A DNA stretch of 64,000 nt from Takakia lepidozioides (taxonomy: Eukaryota; Plantae; Bryophyta): contig CM060732.1 of the NCBI GenBank assembly GCA_030704615.1, positions 44,330,001-44,394,000 on the forward strand, in the 5' to 3' direction. Below are positions 38,246 through 51,199 of the stretch, in pieces. The notes beneath the pieces were generated by a model, which made no database searches, was not told the origin of the DNA, and was given only the letters and a program-made list of their open reading frames with translations. Position 1 is the first letter of the stretch. Each line of letters opens with the position of its first letter. The position numbers and the translations under genes were made by a program.

Positions 38246-40937
38246 GCTAGTGGAAATTCCCTTTGGTAGATGGCAGTCCGGAATAGCTCACCACTCTTTG
38301 GTCGCTTTCCAGCTCGCTCGCTTACTCACTAGTTTTTGGTCACCAACGGGCTTGCACTGTTCTCGGGGTTACTACTCCCAATATATACTTCTGTGACTGT
38401 CCGCGGGGGTTTCACAAACAACCATGCCATTTTATGGCAAACCACCACGAAAACCCTTGACTCCCGGTGATGAGTCACAGTGAGTCTTGGTCCACCCACC
38501 ACGGTCCCATTGGACATCATTAGCACACTAAAGTTTCGTGTTGATAAACTCTTTTGTTATGGCGAAGCAATTCAAATCTCTCAGTTCATATCCCTCCATA
38601 TTGGTTCAAAAGCATGCAAGTAACAAAAACATTGTCAGAGAAGAGTTTCATGTTGAGAAATTCTTGTGCAGGCAAATAAGTTCACAACCCTCAGTTCATA
38701 TCCCTCCATATTGGTTAAAAAACATGCAAGCTTTTGAACCAAAACAATGTTAGACGAGAGTTTCGTGTTGAGAAACTCTTTTGTCAAGGCGAAAAAGTTC
38801 AAATCCCTCAATTCGTGTCGTGGCCCTTTGCCTTGAGGGCAGGGGGTCAGGACACGAGAGGGGCTGCCCCTGTGGTGGGGACAGTGGCGATAATAGATGC
38901 AGGGGCTGAAGCACCCTTGAGTGCCCAAGACACTCAAGGAGACGGAGGCGCTCACTAGGTGGAGCCCCACACACTGGGTTGCGGTGGGGGTGGTTCCACG
39001 AGGGGTGGTGGTAGCTCAGTGGGACTTAGTGGGGGTGGCATAGAACTCACCATGGGGGCGGAGACCTTGTGGTGGGAGTCGTGGGGAGTCTTGGGACTCA
39101 TCACAAAATCTTCCACCATTTTGAAGCAATATTAAGGGTCATAAACTGAGGCATCTGAACTGCTTCACCGTGACAAAAAAGTTTCTCAACACGAAACACT
39201 TGTTTGACAGTGTTCTTATTCAAAAACCTACATACATTTGACTAATATGGAGGGATATGAACTGAGGGATATAAACTGCTCGCCAGAAGAAAAAGAGTTT
39301 CTCAACATGAAACTCTAGTCTGACAGTGATTGTGTTAAAAAAAAACTGCATCATTTGAACAAAAATGGTCCTCACAACTGAGGGATTTGAATTATTTGCC
39401 GTGACAAAAGAGTTTCTCAACACGAAACACTTGTTTTACAGTGATTTTGTTCAAAAACCTCCATGTTTTTTTAAACAATATGGAGGGATATCAACTAAGG
39501 GATTTGAACTCATTTGCCGTGGCACAAACGTTTCTCAACACGAAATTCTTGTCTGAAAGTATTTTTGTTCAAAAAATTGAATGTTTTTTAATCAATATGG
39601 AGGGATATGAACTGATGAATTTGAAATCATTTGTCGTTACAACAAAAGAGTTTCTCAACACGAAACATTTGACTAACAATGATTTTATCCAAAAACCTAC
39701 ATATTTTTTAAACAATGTGGAGGGATATGAATTGAGGGATTTGAACTCATTCGCCGTAGCACAAGAGTTTCTCAATTCGAAACTCTTTGCTGACAGTGTT
39801 TTCGTTCTAAAACCTGCATGCTTTTGAACCAATATGGAGGGATATGAATCGAGGGAATTGAACTGATTTCCTGTAATTGAAAGAGTTTCTCAACAAAAAC
39901 TCATGTATGACATTGTTCTTGCTCAAAAACCTGCATGCTGCTGAACCAATATTGAGAGATATCAACTCAGGGATTTGAACTGCTTCGTCATAACAAAAGA
40001 GTTTTTCAACACGATTCAACTCTCGTCTTACAGTGTATTTGTTCAAAAACATGTGCGGTTTTCTTTGGGCATCTCAAGAATATTTTTCATATTTTTTTCA
40101 TGTTTGTGAGCATCCTAACTGCACGCTACCCAACTTCTCTTCAGGGATCAGAGTTTCACATTGCAATTGCATATCTCAATATGTAATTGTATTAGTTGTT
40201 AGGGGAGAGAATTTCGCTCTACAAAAATATACATGGGTGGGGCCTTTAAAAGTGACATATTCATCATTTCAGCTACAGTGTGACTTCTTCTCAGGCTGGT
40301 TGGTACGGACTCCGAAGTTTCGCCGTACGAAATTATCCATGGGTGATGATCTTAAATTTAAGGTTAGGCCTCACCGCACACTCTCGTGTCTGTTATGAAA
40401 AGGGCCTGGTATCGTGTGAGCACAACGTGAAAAAAAACCACGCTTCTAGGGTAACTATTCATCAGGTATGGGGGTTACTTTGTTCTTTATGTGTTAGTTT
40501 CGCAAAATTGTTAGTTTCGCCAATTCCGTTTTGCCGTGGAAATTCGGAGAATATGCCCTTGTGCTCATGTAAGCATGCTCACGCGCTACCCAACCTCTCG
40601 CCATCCTATCAACTCACTTGGCGTAACTTACATCTTCTTCGTTGCGATGGAGAACGTACTATGATTCATAATGTCGTCCAGGATGCTGCTGCTGTGGTTG
40701 CTCGCAATGTTGGGTTCATGTCCTCCGAAAGAGCAGATACACACGTACTCCCATCCGACGTCACCATTCCACTCAATGGCGGGTTGACATCAAGTCCTCT
40801 CTTATGATGGACTGCGTACATTGGCAAACGTTGTCATCGCTTGGTTGGATTTTGAGACCGAGTGGAGTTACACACCTCGTCGTGTAACTCCGACCGGAGT
40901 TTACACGTTCCATGTCACTCTCAAGAGAGAGTGAGAA
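38246..40937 (+). repeat. ~2.8-kb tandem duplication of ~35449-38243 (LTR part, satellite and unique tail) with internal inversion 38515-39103
   Basis: Near-identical sequence at an offset of about 2804 (ORFs 37229/40033 and 37476/40280); junction gagagtgagaaa|gcgg|ctagtggaa. Confidence 0.9.
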
Positions 40938-43676
40938 AGATTTGACATGCCGAAAATCGGCATACCATCCTGAGAGAGGTTGCATGTGTGCATTAAGTTC
41001 TTACGTTATTCCTATTAGATTCTTCTTATTTATAGCACTCACTAGTTGAAAGGCTGGATAGAAGGGTGATAATAGATGGATAAAATTTCTATATGAGCAA
41101 ATTATATATTACAGCAGGTGGGTATTAACTGGTGAAGGCATCGTCTTCACAAGTAGGTAGTAACTAAGGGAAGAAAAACACCAATGCAATCCATCGGCCA
41201 TTTTCTTCTTGGCAAATATTTGAAAAAAGACGCCCCTTTGTTTTTGGGCTCCTCCTACCTTCAGATGCAATAGCCACTTTCAAGGGGCAGGCAATAGCCA
41301 TGTGGGCCAATGCAAATAGCTACCACCATAATTCAGAGATCATGCTAGATGTCTTGGCCCCTTTGCTGGATTTTATTTTTTGATCGATTGGGGTACATAT
41401 TCATATAAATCGTATTCCAGATGCAGGATAAGGTGATGGTTGCAAAACAGAGCAGTTTCCTGAAAGATGTTTGTCTAAGATAATCAGTAGAAATGTGAAG
41501 CTGAACCTGGCTGTGAACACCAGCTCTACGCGACATGGACATTCTACATTGTTGGTCCGTTGCGGCCTTCTCCCTGCTCACATCTACATATTTATGGTTG
41601 TGTTGGGACCAGTGTTGTGCGGGTATATTGATTTCAATATACCCTTAGGGTATAAGTAAATTATTTTTGTCAAATCATTTACCCTCCGGGTATGGATAAA
41701 TTAACTTTTCATATTTCTATATAACCCTGGGTATGGATATATATGCCAAAATATACCATGAGGGAATGAATAGTGTCCGGGTATGGATAATTATGGATAA
41801 TATATAATTTAATGGTTTTAAAGAATATATGATGTTCTAGCCTCTCGTTTTACAATAATAGGGTCATGAACGCAAGCGTGCGCCCTGCCTGCCGCGGTCG
41901 CCCACGCTCGCAGCTGCTGCCGCGGTTGCACCAGCCGCTCCCGGGGTCCGTCCGCTGTGGCAGGTCCTCTCCCGTTAGTCCGCTTGTCCGCGTGTCCGCC
42001 CGCCCGCAAGATCTGGACCGTCCAGGACGAATCCCATCGCAGCCCTCCAATTTAGGGCCTTATCTCGCCATTGTCATCAAGATGTTGCTCTTTGTTGTAC
42101 GAAACTACGATGCGTGCGGGCGGTAGTTGTTGCCTGACACAATGTTCATGTCTTTGTGTTTTCGTGACATTTTATCATGATGTGGAAGGACAGGAGAGGA
42201 GTCGGAGCCCTACAGCCACCATCGTGCATATGCTTCCACTATTTTCGTCATTTTTTTGTTGTTGGCGGGGCCGTTTTTGCGATTTCATTGTACATGTAAT
42301 GCGTTTTGCCCACTTGGTTTGGCCTCTGTCCGGTCATCGCAAAATGGCCAATGTGTTGTTAGGGTTTATTCCAATGGGCGGACCGATTACAAGCCTGCCT
42401 AAAGACGACCTTAGTTTACATTTGGGATATGGTGTCGTTCAATTTTATAATTATTCATGTTGAGGTAGCCGCATACGTCCGTCAGATCACCTCCTCAGTC
42501 TGGAACGATAACCATGGGCAACATGATAGCGAAAATCGCCGAAGCATATGCACATAAGGGCGTGTAAAAACATTGCAGATTCTGTATCCAGCCATGAACT
42601 GTTATGTGTGTCTTGGGCAGAGTTATCGTCAGTCTGTCAATTGTGTCTGTTGGGCTGTGTTAGCCTGAGACTCCTAAACTATCTCACATCTGCAGTATGG
42701 GTCTCCCTGTAAAAAAGTCGGGTTCGACAGTCAATACCTGTCGGCCTGGATATCCATATGTCTGTTGCTACGTTAGTCTTGCTTCGTTGGTGTGGTAATC
42801 GGAGCCTCTTTGGGAGGCTGTGTCCTCACATCGCCCTGGAATATGTTCGCGAGTCTGTTGCGATGTTAGTCTATCCTGACAACGGTCTTGCGGCGTCTGT
42901 GTACGCTGGTCTGTTGTGAGAAACTGTAAAACCATGGTGCCGCATCGAAAATTTGGCTGTACACCCTTCCGTCTGCCAATCTATTGTCCTGCCAGTCTTT
43001 TTAGCTAGTTTGTTGTCTCTGTCGCACCGTCAGTCTAGTCTGCCTGCAGCTTGTTACAGAAGGCGACGGAACAATGACCATGTTAACCTGCCAGTCTGTC
43101 AACCTGTCAGTTTGTCTGTTTTGTATAGTCTGTTTCGTCGTCAGCCTGTTGCAGTCGGGTGGACCTGCTTAGTGGATTACGTGTTGGTCTGCTCAAATCG
43201 GTCTGCTGATTCTAGTCTGCTTGACTCTGTCTGCTATTCACTCGGTCTGTTGTGCACTAGGTAGACCTAGTAAATGCAACGGCGGTGGTGGCGGCGTCAA
43301 TCATGGCGCGCCACGTCGGCACGTGGGTGTACTTCATTTCCGCTCCCGGGTTAGCTTGAACTTCAACTTCGCCTTCCCGCCGGTGTTGTGGTCTGCTCCT
43401 ATGTCAACGTCTGTCTTCCTTGCGCAGACTTCTTTCCGCGCACAAATTTGGAGAGTCATCTTAGACCCCAACAGTCGCCAAGACCGTTGCTCCCGTAGCC
43501 CGTTGCGTTCCTCGTCTTCTTCTGTGTACTTGTCGTTTTGGTTCTCGCTTCTCTGTCTGTCCTCGTATATGTAGTGCTTGGTCTCGCTGGTTCTCGCACT
43601 TTCTGTTTTCCTCCATTCTTTGCACTTCTCCCTTTTTATTGGGCCATCTGCCTTTCTCTGTTGTGTTGTATAGGCG

Positions 43677-44871
43677 ATGGAGGAAGCCTGCGCGAAGGGC
43701 GAACCCGACTGGATCAACTTTGTGCACGTCACGCGTTTGAAGAAGCTGAGAAGATATTGGTACTCCCCACAGGAGTACGATCGCAAAATTGTGGAAGCAT
43801 GTATTGATCTCCATGTAGCAAAAGGAGGAGAACCCAGAATGGAAGAAGAATAGGCTCAGGTGTCTTTTCTGTGAAGAAGCGATAAAGAACAAAATCTAGT
43901 TGAACCGCCATTGTGTGGACATAGGTTGCAAAGGCACCATTCCACCGAATTTCAAGCCGTGGCCCATACAGGTATCGCACAAAGCTAAAGATGAGGCTGT
44001 TTTCAATAGCCGCGGCGCAAACCCAATTCCGTGAAGTACAGAGGAATTGCGCCAACGGTACTGGCGGGCTACTGGAAGGATGCAACTAGGCAGTCTGGAG
44101 GAAGTGTCTGTGCCTCCCCGCAAGCGAAAACTCAGTGATGGGGCAAAAAAAAAAGCGGGAGCAAAAACGGCAAGGTCTGCTCGCGATGCAAACCTGTCAG
44201 TCCTGCAGGGGGGTCCGTCCGAAGCGCATCAGGCAGGCTCTGTTCGGGAGGCAAGCATTGCGGGCCTACATGGGAGTCCACCCGATGTGCGCCAAACCAG
44301 AAGGTCCCGGCAAACTATACCCATCAGTTCCTCCAGTGAGTCTGAGTCTGCCGATGTTCTGCCCCGCCGGTCTGCCGATCGTACCAACAACATCATCCAA
44401 AATAATGACTTCGAAGGGCAAGGTCCACTATCCAGTGCAGTGGATATTGCCTTATCTGAGAGGACAAACTTGGACATGCTCATAGACAGCCTCGACGACA
44501 ACACCTCTCTTGCCCACACCGCCCAGGAGACCCAGCAGCCTGGTCTGCGGTTTGGGCAGACCGAAGATATGGGACCTGAAAAGACCACCCACAAGTCTGC
44601 TGGTCCAGCCTGCCTGGGAACGTTGCACCTACTTCAGTTTGGCGTTCTCCCACCAGTCTGCCCACCCCAAGACGATCCACAGTTCTTCCCCTTTTTCTTC
44701 AGATATATGCAGACAGGACGGATAACATCAAGTATTCCAGAAACCGAAGAAAAATGGTTGAATGCCATGCGTGATGGCGATGAGGGCAACATACTTGACG
44801 AGGTAATGCTATCAAACCATTCTTGCAATTTTCTGCATTTTTTTGGGGACTACAGTCAATTAGTCTGCTGA
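43677..44871 (+). pseudogene. Accessory ORF of the MULE, function unknown, with stops and frameshifts
   Basis: MEEACAKGEPDWINFVHVTRLKKLRRYW.. appears to continue into the 274-aa ORF 44047-44871, which has an NLS-like PPRKRK. It points inward from the left TIR, convergent with the transposase start. Confidence 0.45.
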
Positions 44872-47800
44872 ACTTCAGCAGACTATGCACGTCCATAGTT
44901 CGGTCTCTTAGTTATTCTGCCCCAGTCTCTGGTATCTGCTAAAGGCAGTGGTCTGCTCATTGTCATGGTCTACTGAGTCTTGTGGTCTGCTGAGAGATCT
45001 TAGAGCTCCGAATGCCCAATGGATCATGTGTGTTTTGCTGCATAGCAGCCAGCTCCCGTATGAACCGACTTGTGGTAAAGCCGACAGACCTATTTCTTGT
45101 GTTGTCGCGTAGTCTGCTCATCTGTGGAAGACTTCAGCAGACTATATACGTCCATAATTAGGTCTTCTGAAATGTTTTTGTCTGCTGAAGTCCAGATGGT
45201 CTGCTAAGATATGAGTGTCTGCTAAATATCATGGTCTGCTGAGTATTGTGGTCTGCTGAATGTGGATTGTGGGCTACTGATGGTCTGTTGATTGTCTACT
45301 GAGTATCATTAAATTCAGTCAGTCCAATGAATCCGGTCTGTCCGCTGAAGCTCATTCGTCTTTTGTTGCACAGCACACTGCTCAGTCTATTCGCAAAGCC
45401 ATATCAACTTGGCGGACGCCACGTCTCGGGCAACCACGGAGCTGTCTGAAGAAACCAGCAGCCGCTTGGTGGAGGCAGTGGTTGCCAAGACTTGCAAGGT
45501 AGGCAACTACTCTTGTGAGTTGTATCAGGAAACTGGCCCCCTACGAAAAGGTAGTCAGTTATTGTTCGTGAGTGGGAAAATTTCCGGAACTAACGTGTCG
45601 TTGTTGGTGGACACAGGAGCATCGCACTCCTTCATGGCACCGGCAACGGCACGAAAGCTGGGGCTCCCGACAAGTGATGTAGGGGCCTCTATTGAGGTGC
45701 GTTCTGTCAAAGGAGAACCACAATTGGCGATGAGGTTGGCGTTCGATGTTCCTCTTCACTGGGGAGTTGGGAGGGACGTGAGAACTTCACCATTTGCGAG
45801 ATCGATGGAGTGGATCTCATTTTGGGATGACCTTTTTGAGCAAATCCGGAGCGGTCATAGATGGCCGCAAGAGAATAGTTACGCTACCGTGTGGGAATGG
45901 TGGCGAAATTTAACGAGTGTCTGTAACGCCCAACCCAGTGGGAGGGCGAATAAACCTGCTGACAGCAAAGGAGTGGGCCGTGGAAGAGTCACACGAGCCC
46001 CAGTTTTTGCTTTATGTAAGACAAGTGAAGGGAGAAGGCAATAGGGAGCCGAGCCCAGATTGGATCAAAGGGATTATGGAGAAATATCAGGATGTGATGC
46101 CGGAGGATTTACCAAGCGGCTTGCCACCGCGAAGAGGAGTTGACCACAAGAATGAGGTGATACCGGGATCGGAGCCGCCTGCCAAGGCGCCCTACCGGTT
46201 GAGCCATAGAGAGTTGGTCGAGCTGAAGACTCAGCTCAAGGATCTAATGTCAAAGGGGTACATCCGGCCAAGTAAGTCACCTTATAGAGCCCCGGTGCTA
46301 TTCGCAGACAAGAAGGATGGGACGCTGCGGATGTGTGTCGAATACAAGGCTCCGAATAAGGTGACCATAAAAAACCGGTACCCTTTGCCAAGGATCGACG
46401 ACCTTTTTGATCGGTTGGCAGGAGCGAAGTATTTCAGCCGGATCGATTTGAGCTCCGGCTATCATCAAATTCGAGTGGCGGAAGGAGATGAGGAGAAGAC
46501 CGCGTGCAGGACAAGGTATGGTTCATATGAGTTCTTGGTGATGTCTTTTGGGCTCACCAACACACCCACGACCTTTAGCACGCTGATGAACAGTCTTTTC
46601 CAGGAGTGGTTGGATGACTTTGTGATCGTGTACATCGACGACATCTTGGTGTACTCGAAAACAAAGGAAGAGCACCTGGAGCACCTCAAAAGGGTGTTCC
46701 AGAAATTGCGGGAAGAGAAGTTGTATGCCAAAGCTTCAAAGTGCGAATTCGGGGTCACAAAAGTGGAGTTCCTGGGGCATGTGATTACATAGGATGGGAT
46801 CAAAATGGATGACAGAAAGGTGAGGGCGATCTTGGACTGGGAGCCTCCGACTTCGGTTCCGGGAGTGCGATCCTTCCTAGGACTCGCCTCCTATTACCGG
46901 AAGTACGTGAGAAATTTTGCCAAGATCACGGGGCCGCTGTCAGACCTTCTGTGTAAATCCAAAGTCTGGGTATGGAACACCTTTTGTGGCCAAGCTTTTG
47001 CTGAGTTGAAGCAGCGGATGGCGGAAGCTCCAGTCCTCAAAATCTCGGAGTTCGACCGTCCATTTGAGATTCATACGGATGCGTCGGACTTCGCAATTGG
47101 GGGTGTGCTCATGCAGGATGGACTTCCAGTGGCTTACGAAAGTAAGAAATTGAATGAAGTGGAGCGACAGTGGCCAACGTACGAGAAAGAGATGAAGGCG
47201 GTGGTGCATTGCCTCGAGCTTTGGCGCCACTATATTGGTTCCAACCCGGTGAAGGTGTTCACGGACAATGTCACGGTGAAGTATTTTGCCACGCAGCCTA
47301 AGTTGTCCCCAAAACAACTTAGGTGGCAAGACACTTTGGCAGTGTTCGATGTGGATATCCAGTATAAACCGAGACGGGACAATGTGGTGGCCGATGCTTT
47401 AAGTAGAAAGCAGCAGCTCATGTTGGTGTACAGGGGCAAGACGGCGCTCCAAAGGAAGATCCGGAAGGCTTACCGGAAGGATGTGATGGCGAAGTCCGTG
47501 ATGCGAGACTTGAGGATGGGGGTTAAATCGCAGTTCCACTTACAAAATGGATTGCTCCGGTACAAGCAAAAGCGTCTCTACGTACCGAAGGGAGGGATCA
47601 GAGATAGTCTCTTGAGAGAATGCCATGATGGCCCGCTTGTGGGCCATGGCGGAGCCAAGCACACCGCGGCACTCCTGAAGAAAGAGTATTTCTGGCCCAA
47701 ACTAAGGAGTATGTCAAGACATGCACCACATGCCAACAAAACCGAAGCGAGTACAAAAAGCAAGTGGGGCTGTTACAACCCTTCCCGATTCTAGAGGGGG

Positions 47801-50800
47801 CTTGGGAAAGTGTCTCGATGGATTTCATGACTATCAAAAGGATTTGATGCAATCATGAGTGGTGGATAGGTTCAGTAAAATATGTCATTTCATCCCAACC
47901 AAGGAGACGGCAACGGCGCAGGAGACGAGGCGACTTTACTTCGTCCACGTCTTCAAGCATCATGGACTCCCAAAAGATATTGTCTTGGACCGCGATCCAA
48001 AGTTTACAAGTAAGTTTTGGAGGGCATTTTGGAAGAAAATGGGGACAAGGCTCAAGATGAGCACCGCCTTCCGACCTACGACGGACGGCCAAACGGAAGG
48101 GTGAATTCCGTGGTGAAGCAGATCTTACAGAATTACGTCTCGGCAGACCAATCGGACTGGGTGGAGCACTTGGATGCGGCAGAGTTCTGTTATAATAACT
48201 CAAAACACTCCGCAACGGGAGTTTCCCCTTTCGTATTGGTCTATAGAAAAGCACCTTTGGTGCCGACAAGTTAGGCCGCCCAAGACGTTGAGGAACCGAC
48301 AGCAGCAGCGGTGCTGGAAGAACGCGAGCAATTATTGAAGCTCGCAAAGTACAATATTGCCAAAGCTAGGAAACGGTATGAACGGCAGGCGAATCGGAAG
48401 CGGAGGGAAGTTAAGTTTGAGGCAGGCACGGAGGTTTGGTTGAACATCAAGAATTTCCGACTACCTCCGGAAGTGAGTCTGAAGTTCGTACCTCCGTATG
48501 CGGGATCCTTTCGCATCCGGAAGGTTATGAATGAGGATGTGTATGAATTGGAGCTGCCGGCAAACAGCAAGGTGCATCCGGTATTCCACGTCTCTCTTTT
48601 AAAGCCTTACTTCAAAGATGAAGCGCGTCCGAATCGGCATCAAGTGTTGCGTCAGCCACCTGTGCTGTTGGATCATGAAATTGAACCTAAGTACAAGGTG
48701 GAGGCAGTACTTAAGTCGAGGAGGTTCAAGAATCGAGAAACGGAGTATCTCGTGAAATGGAAGGGCTATCATCATGTGGAGGCATCTTGGGTGCGTGCCT
48801 CAGAAATAGGAAACGCATCCGAGGCGGTTGCAGCTTTCGAATGACGACCTCAAAAGCGGAAGAAGCGTTGATGGGGACGTCAACCTTGGAGCGTGGGGGA
48901 GGAAATGCATGCTTAGCCCGGCTTAGCTAGCTCAGGAATCCGATTGCAAAAACTTGTATTGTACAAATTTTGTTATAAATGAAATGGTTTCCAAATGTTG
49001 TGCGTCCTATTTTGTTTGGAATGGTGATGCATGGTACGGTTGGCTAGTGTGTAGAATGCATGCTAGCTTACAAAAGTGGGAGAGGTAAATTGGATTAATC
49101 GTGTGTTTGCGTAGTGCCGAAATTGGGTGACTCCCATCCAAGGGGCAAGGAAACTTGCGCCTTCTTTTGGAGTTCACGTGCTAATGCGCACCTGGCGCGT
49201 GCGCGTACTTTAACTGCGCTACCGAGGGGGTTGCCTTGTAGTGCCTTTAACACGGAAGCTACGTGCTTCCGTTCACGTACTATAATCGTGTAGCCTCGGG
49301 ACGAAGTCGTAGTGCGGCTTCGGCGTGTTCCCGTACCTCATGCCAACATTCCAAGGCGGACCCAATTGTAGTGATTAGGGCGCACGGTTGGTTCAAGGTT
49401 ATCTTCCTAGTCAAAAAAGGTTCAAGGTGAACCCTTGCTCAAGGTGATGTCAAAAGCGGCATCATGAGCGGTCGCAAGCTAAGTTGTTGCAGTAAGGCGA
49501 TTCGATCTTCGAGGAGGATCGTTCCTTGGCCTTGAAGTGGGCCAAGAAGAGTGCACTGGGAGGAGCTTGAGAGGCTCCACCCTTGGCCGAGACTTGGAGG
49601 AAGTTGGCCGAACTAGCTAGTGGAGAGTAGAGTCAAGTGGGAGTTTGGTTCTTTGCCATGGGACGCCATGGTACGGAAACAAACTCCTTGATGTGGGACG
49701 CCACAACTTGGATGTTCGTTTCTACAAAATGGATAAGTCGATGAGGACATCGACTCCCTGTTGGTAGGGGTGTGTGTCGCGGCCCTTTGCCTTGAGGGCA
49801 GGGGGTCGGGACACGAGAGGGGCTGCCCCTGTGGTGAGGGCAGTGGCAACAATAGATGCGGGGGCTGAAGCACCCTTGATTGCCCAAGGCACTCAAGGAG
49901 GCGGAGGCGCTCACTAGGTGGAGCCCCACACACCGGGTTGCGGTTGGGGTGGCTCCACAAGGGGGTGGTAGTAGCTTAGTGAGACTTAGTGGGGGTGACA
50001 TAGGACGCACCATGGGGCGGAGACCTTGTGGTGGGAGTCGTGGGGAGTCTTGGGACTCATCACGGTCCAATGGGGCCGTGGTGGGTGGGCCAAGACTCAC
50101 CGCGACTCACCACCGGGAATTGAGGGTCTTCGTGGTGGTTCGCCATAAAATGGCATGGTTGTTTGTAAAACCCCCGCGGACAGTCACAGAAGTATATTGG
50201 GGGGTAGTAACCCCGAGAACGGTGCAAGCCCATTGGTGACCAAAAACTAGTGAGTAAGCGATCGAGCCGGAAAGCGACCAAGGAGTGGGGAGCTATTACA
50301 GACTGCCATCTACCAAAGGGAATTTCCACTAGGCCCAAATTGGCACTACAATACAAGTTGGGTTTTTCGACTCTGTATTTGACTCATTCTTTAGTCGTTT
50401 GCGACATTTTTACTGCTAGCCTCCATAGTCGAACATATGTGACAAAGGTCAAGTCATTTCAGTAAAGCAGTCGAATCCAGATGCCAGGTTCTGACAGTGA
50501 AATGTGACAGTCAAACCTAGGGGGTGACGTGTAGTAAAGTGATTGTACCACAGTATGACGTGGATGAGACGTGGCTATGACGTGTAGTAAAGTGGTTTAA
50601 CTGCATTATGACATGGATGCATGACGTGTACTAAAATAGTTCTACTGCAGTATGACGTGGATGCATGACGTGTATCTAGTATATATATACATAAATATAA
50701 TATATATATATGAATTGGGGAGGCTTTTTGTTTAGTGTTTGGTTTTATTATTTTTGTTTATTACTGTTATTTTGTTTTTATTTATTTATTTTCATTTAAT

Positions 50801-51199
50801 TTTCATTTTATATCTATATAAATATGAATTAGTGGGTTTTGTATTTAAATTTATTGATTCGCTGCACTGCATTGAAAATATATTACAAATACAGCAAAAC
50901 ATAGAATACAAATACATGGCAGGAACCAAAAGCATTGGGATGGCTCAAAACTGGTTTATATCAACAGTGTTTTTAAAACAAGTTTTGGCCACATTCTACA
51001 GATGACCAACATGAGGGCCATGTTGCCATATCCATAGATCACTGCCCAAGTGAAGTCATTGAGGAAGGAAAATCTGATGTGCAGCTAGGTAAAGCACTAT
51101 CGTGGACATGTCAAGAGAACAAAAGAAATCATTTCGAGAATGAATTCAGGAACTTGTAGTTCTTGAGAATGGTGGTGCCAGCTACCATGTCACCCAAAG

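Noticed and set aside
41834-41839. MULE target-site duplication
   Set aside because: Only gttct is shared by the two flanks, not the 9-11 bp expected; the boundary rests on the TIRs alone.
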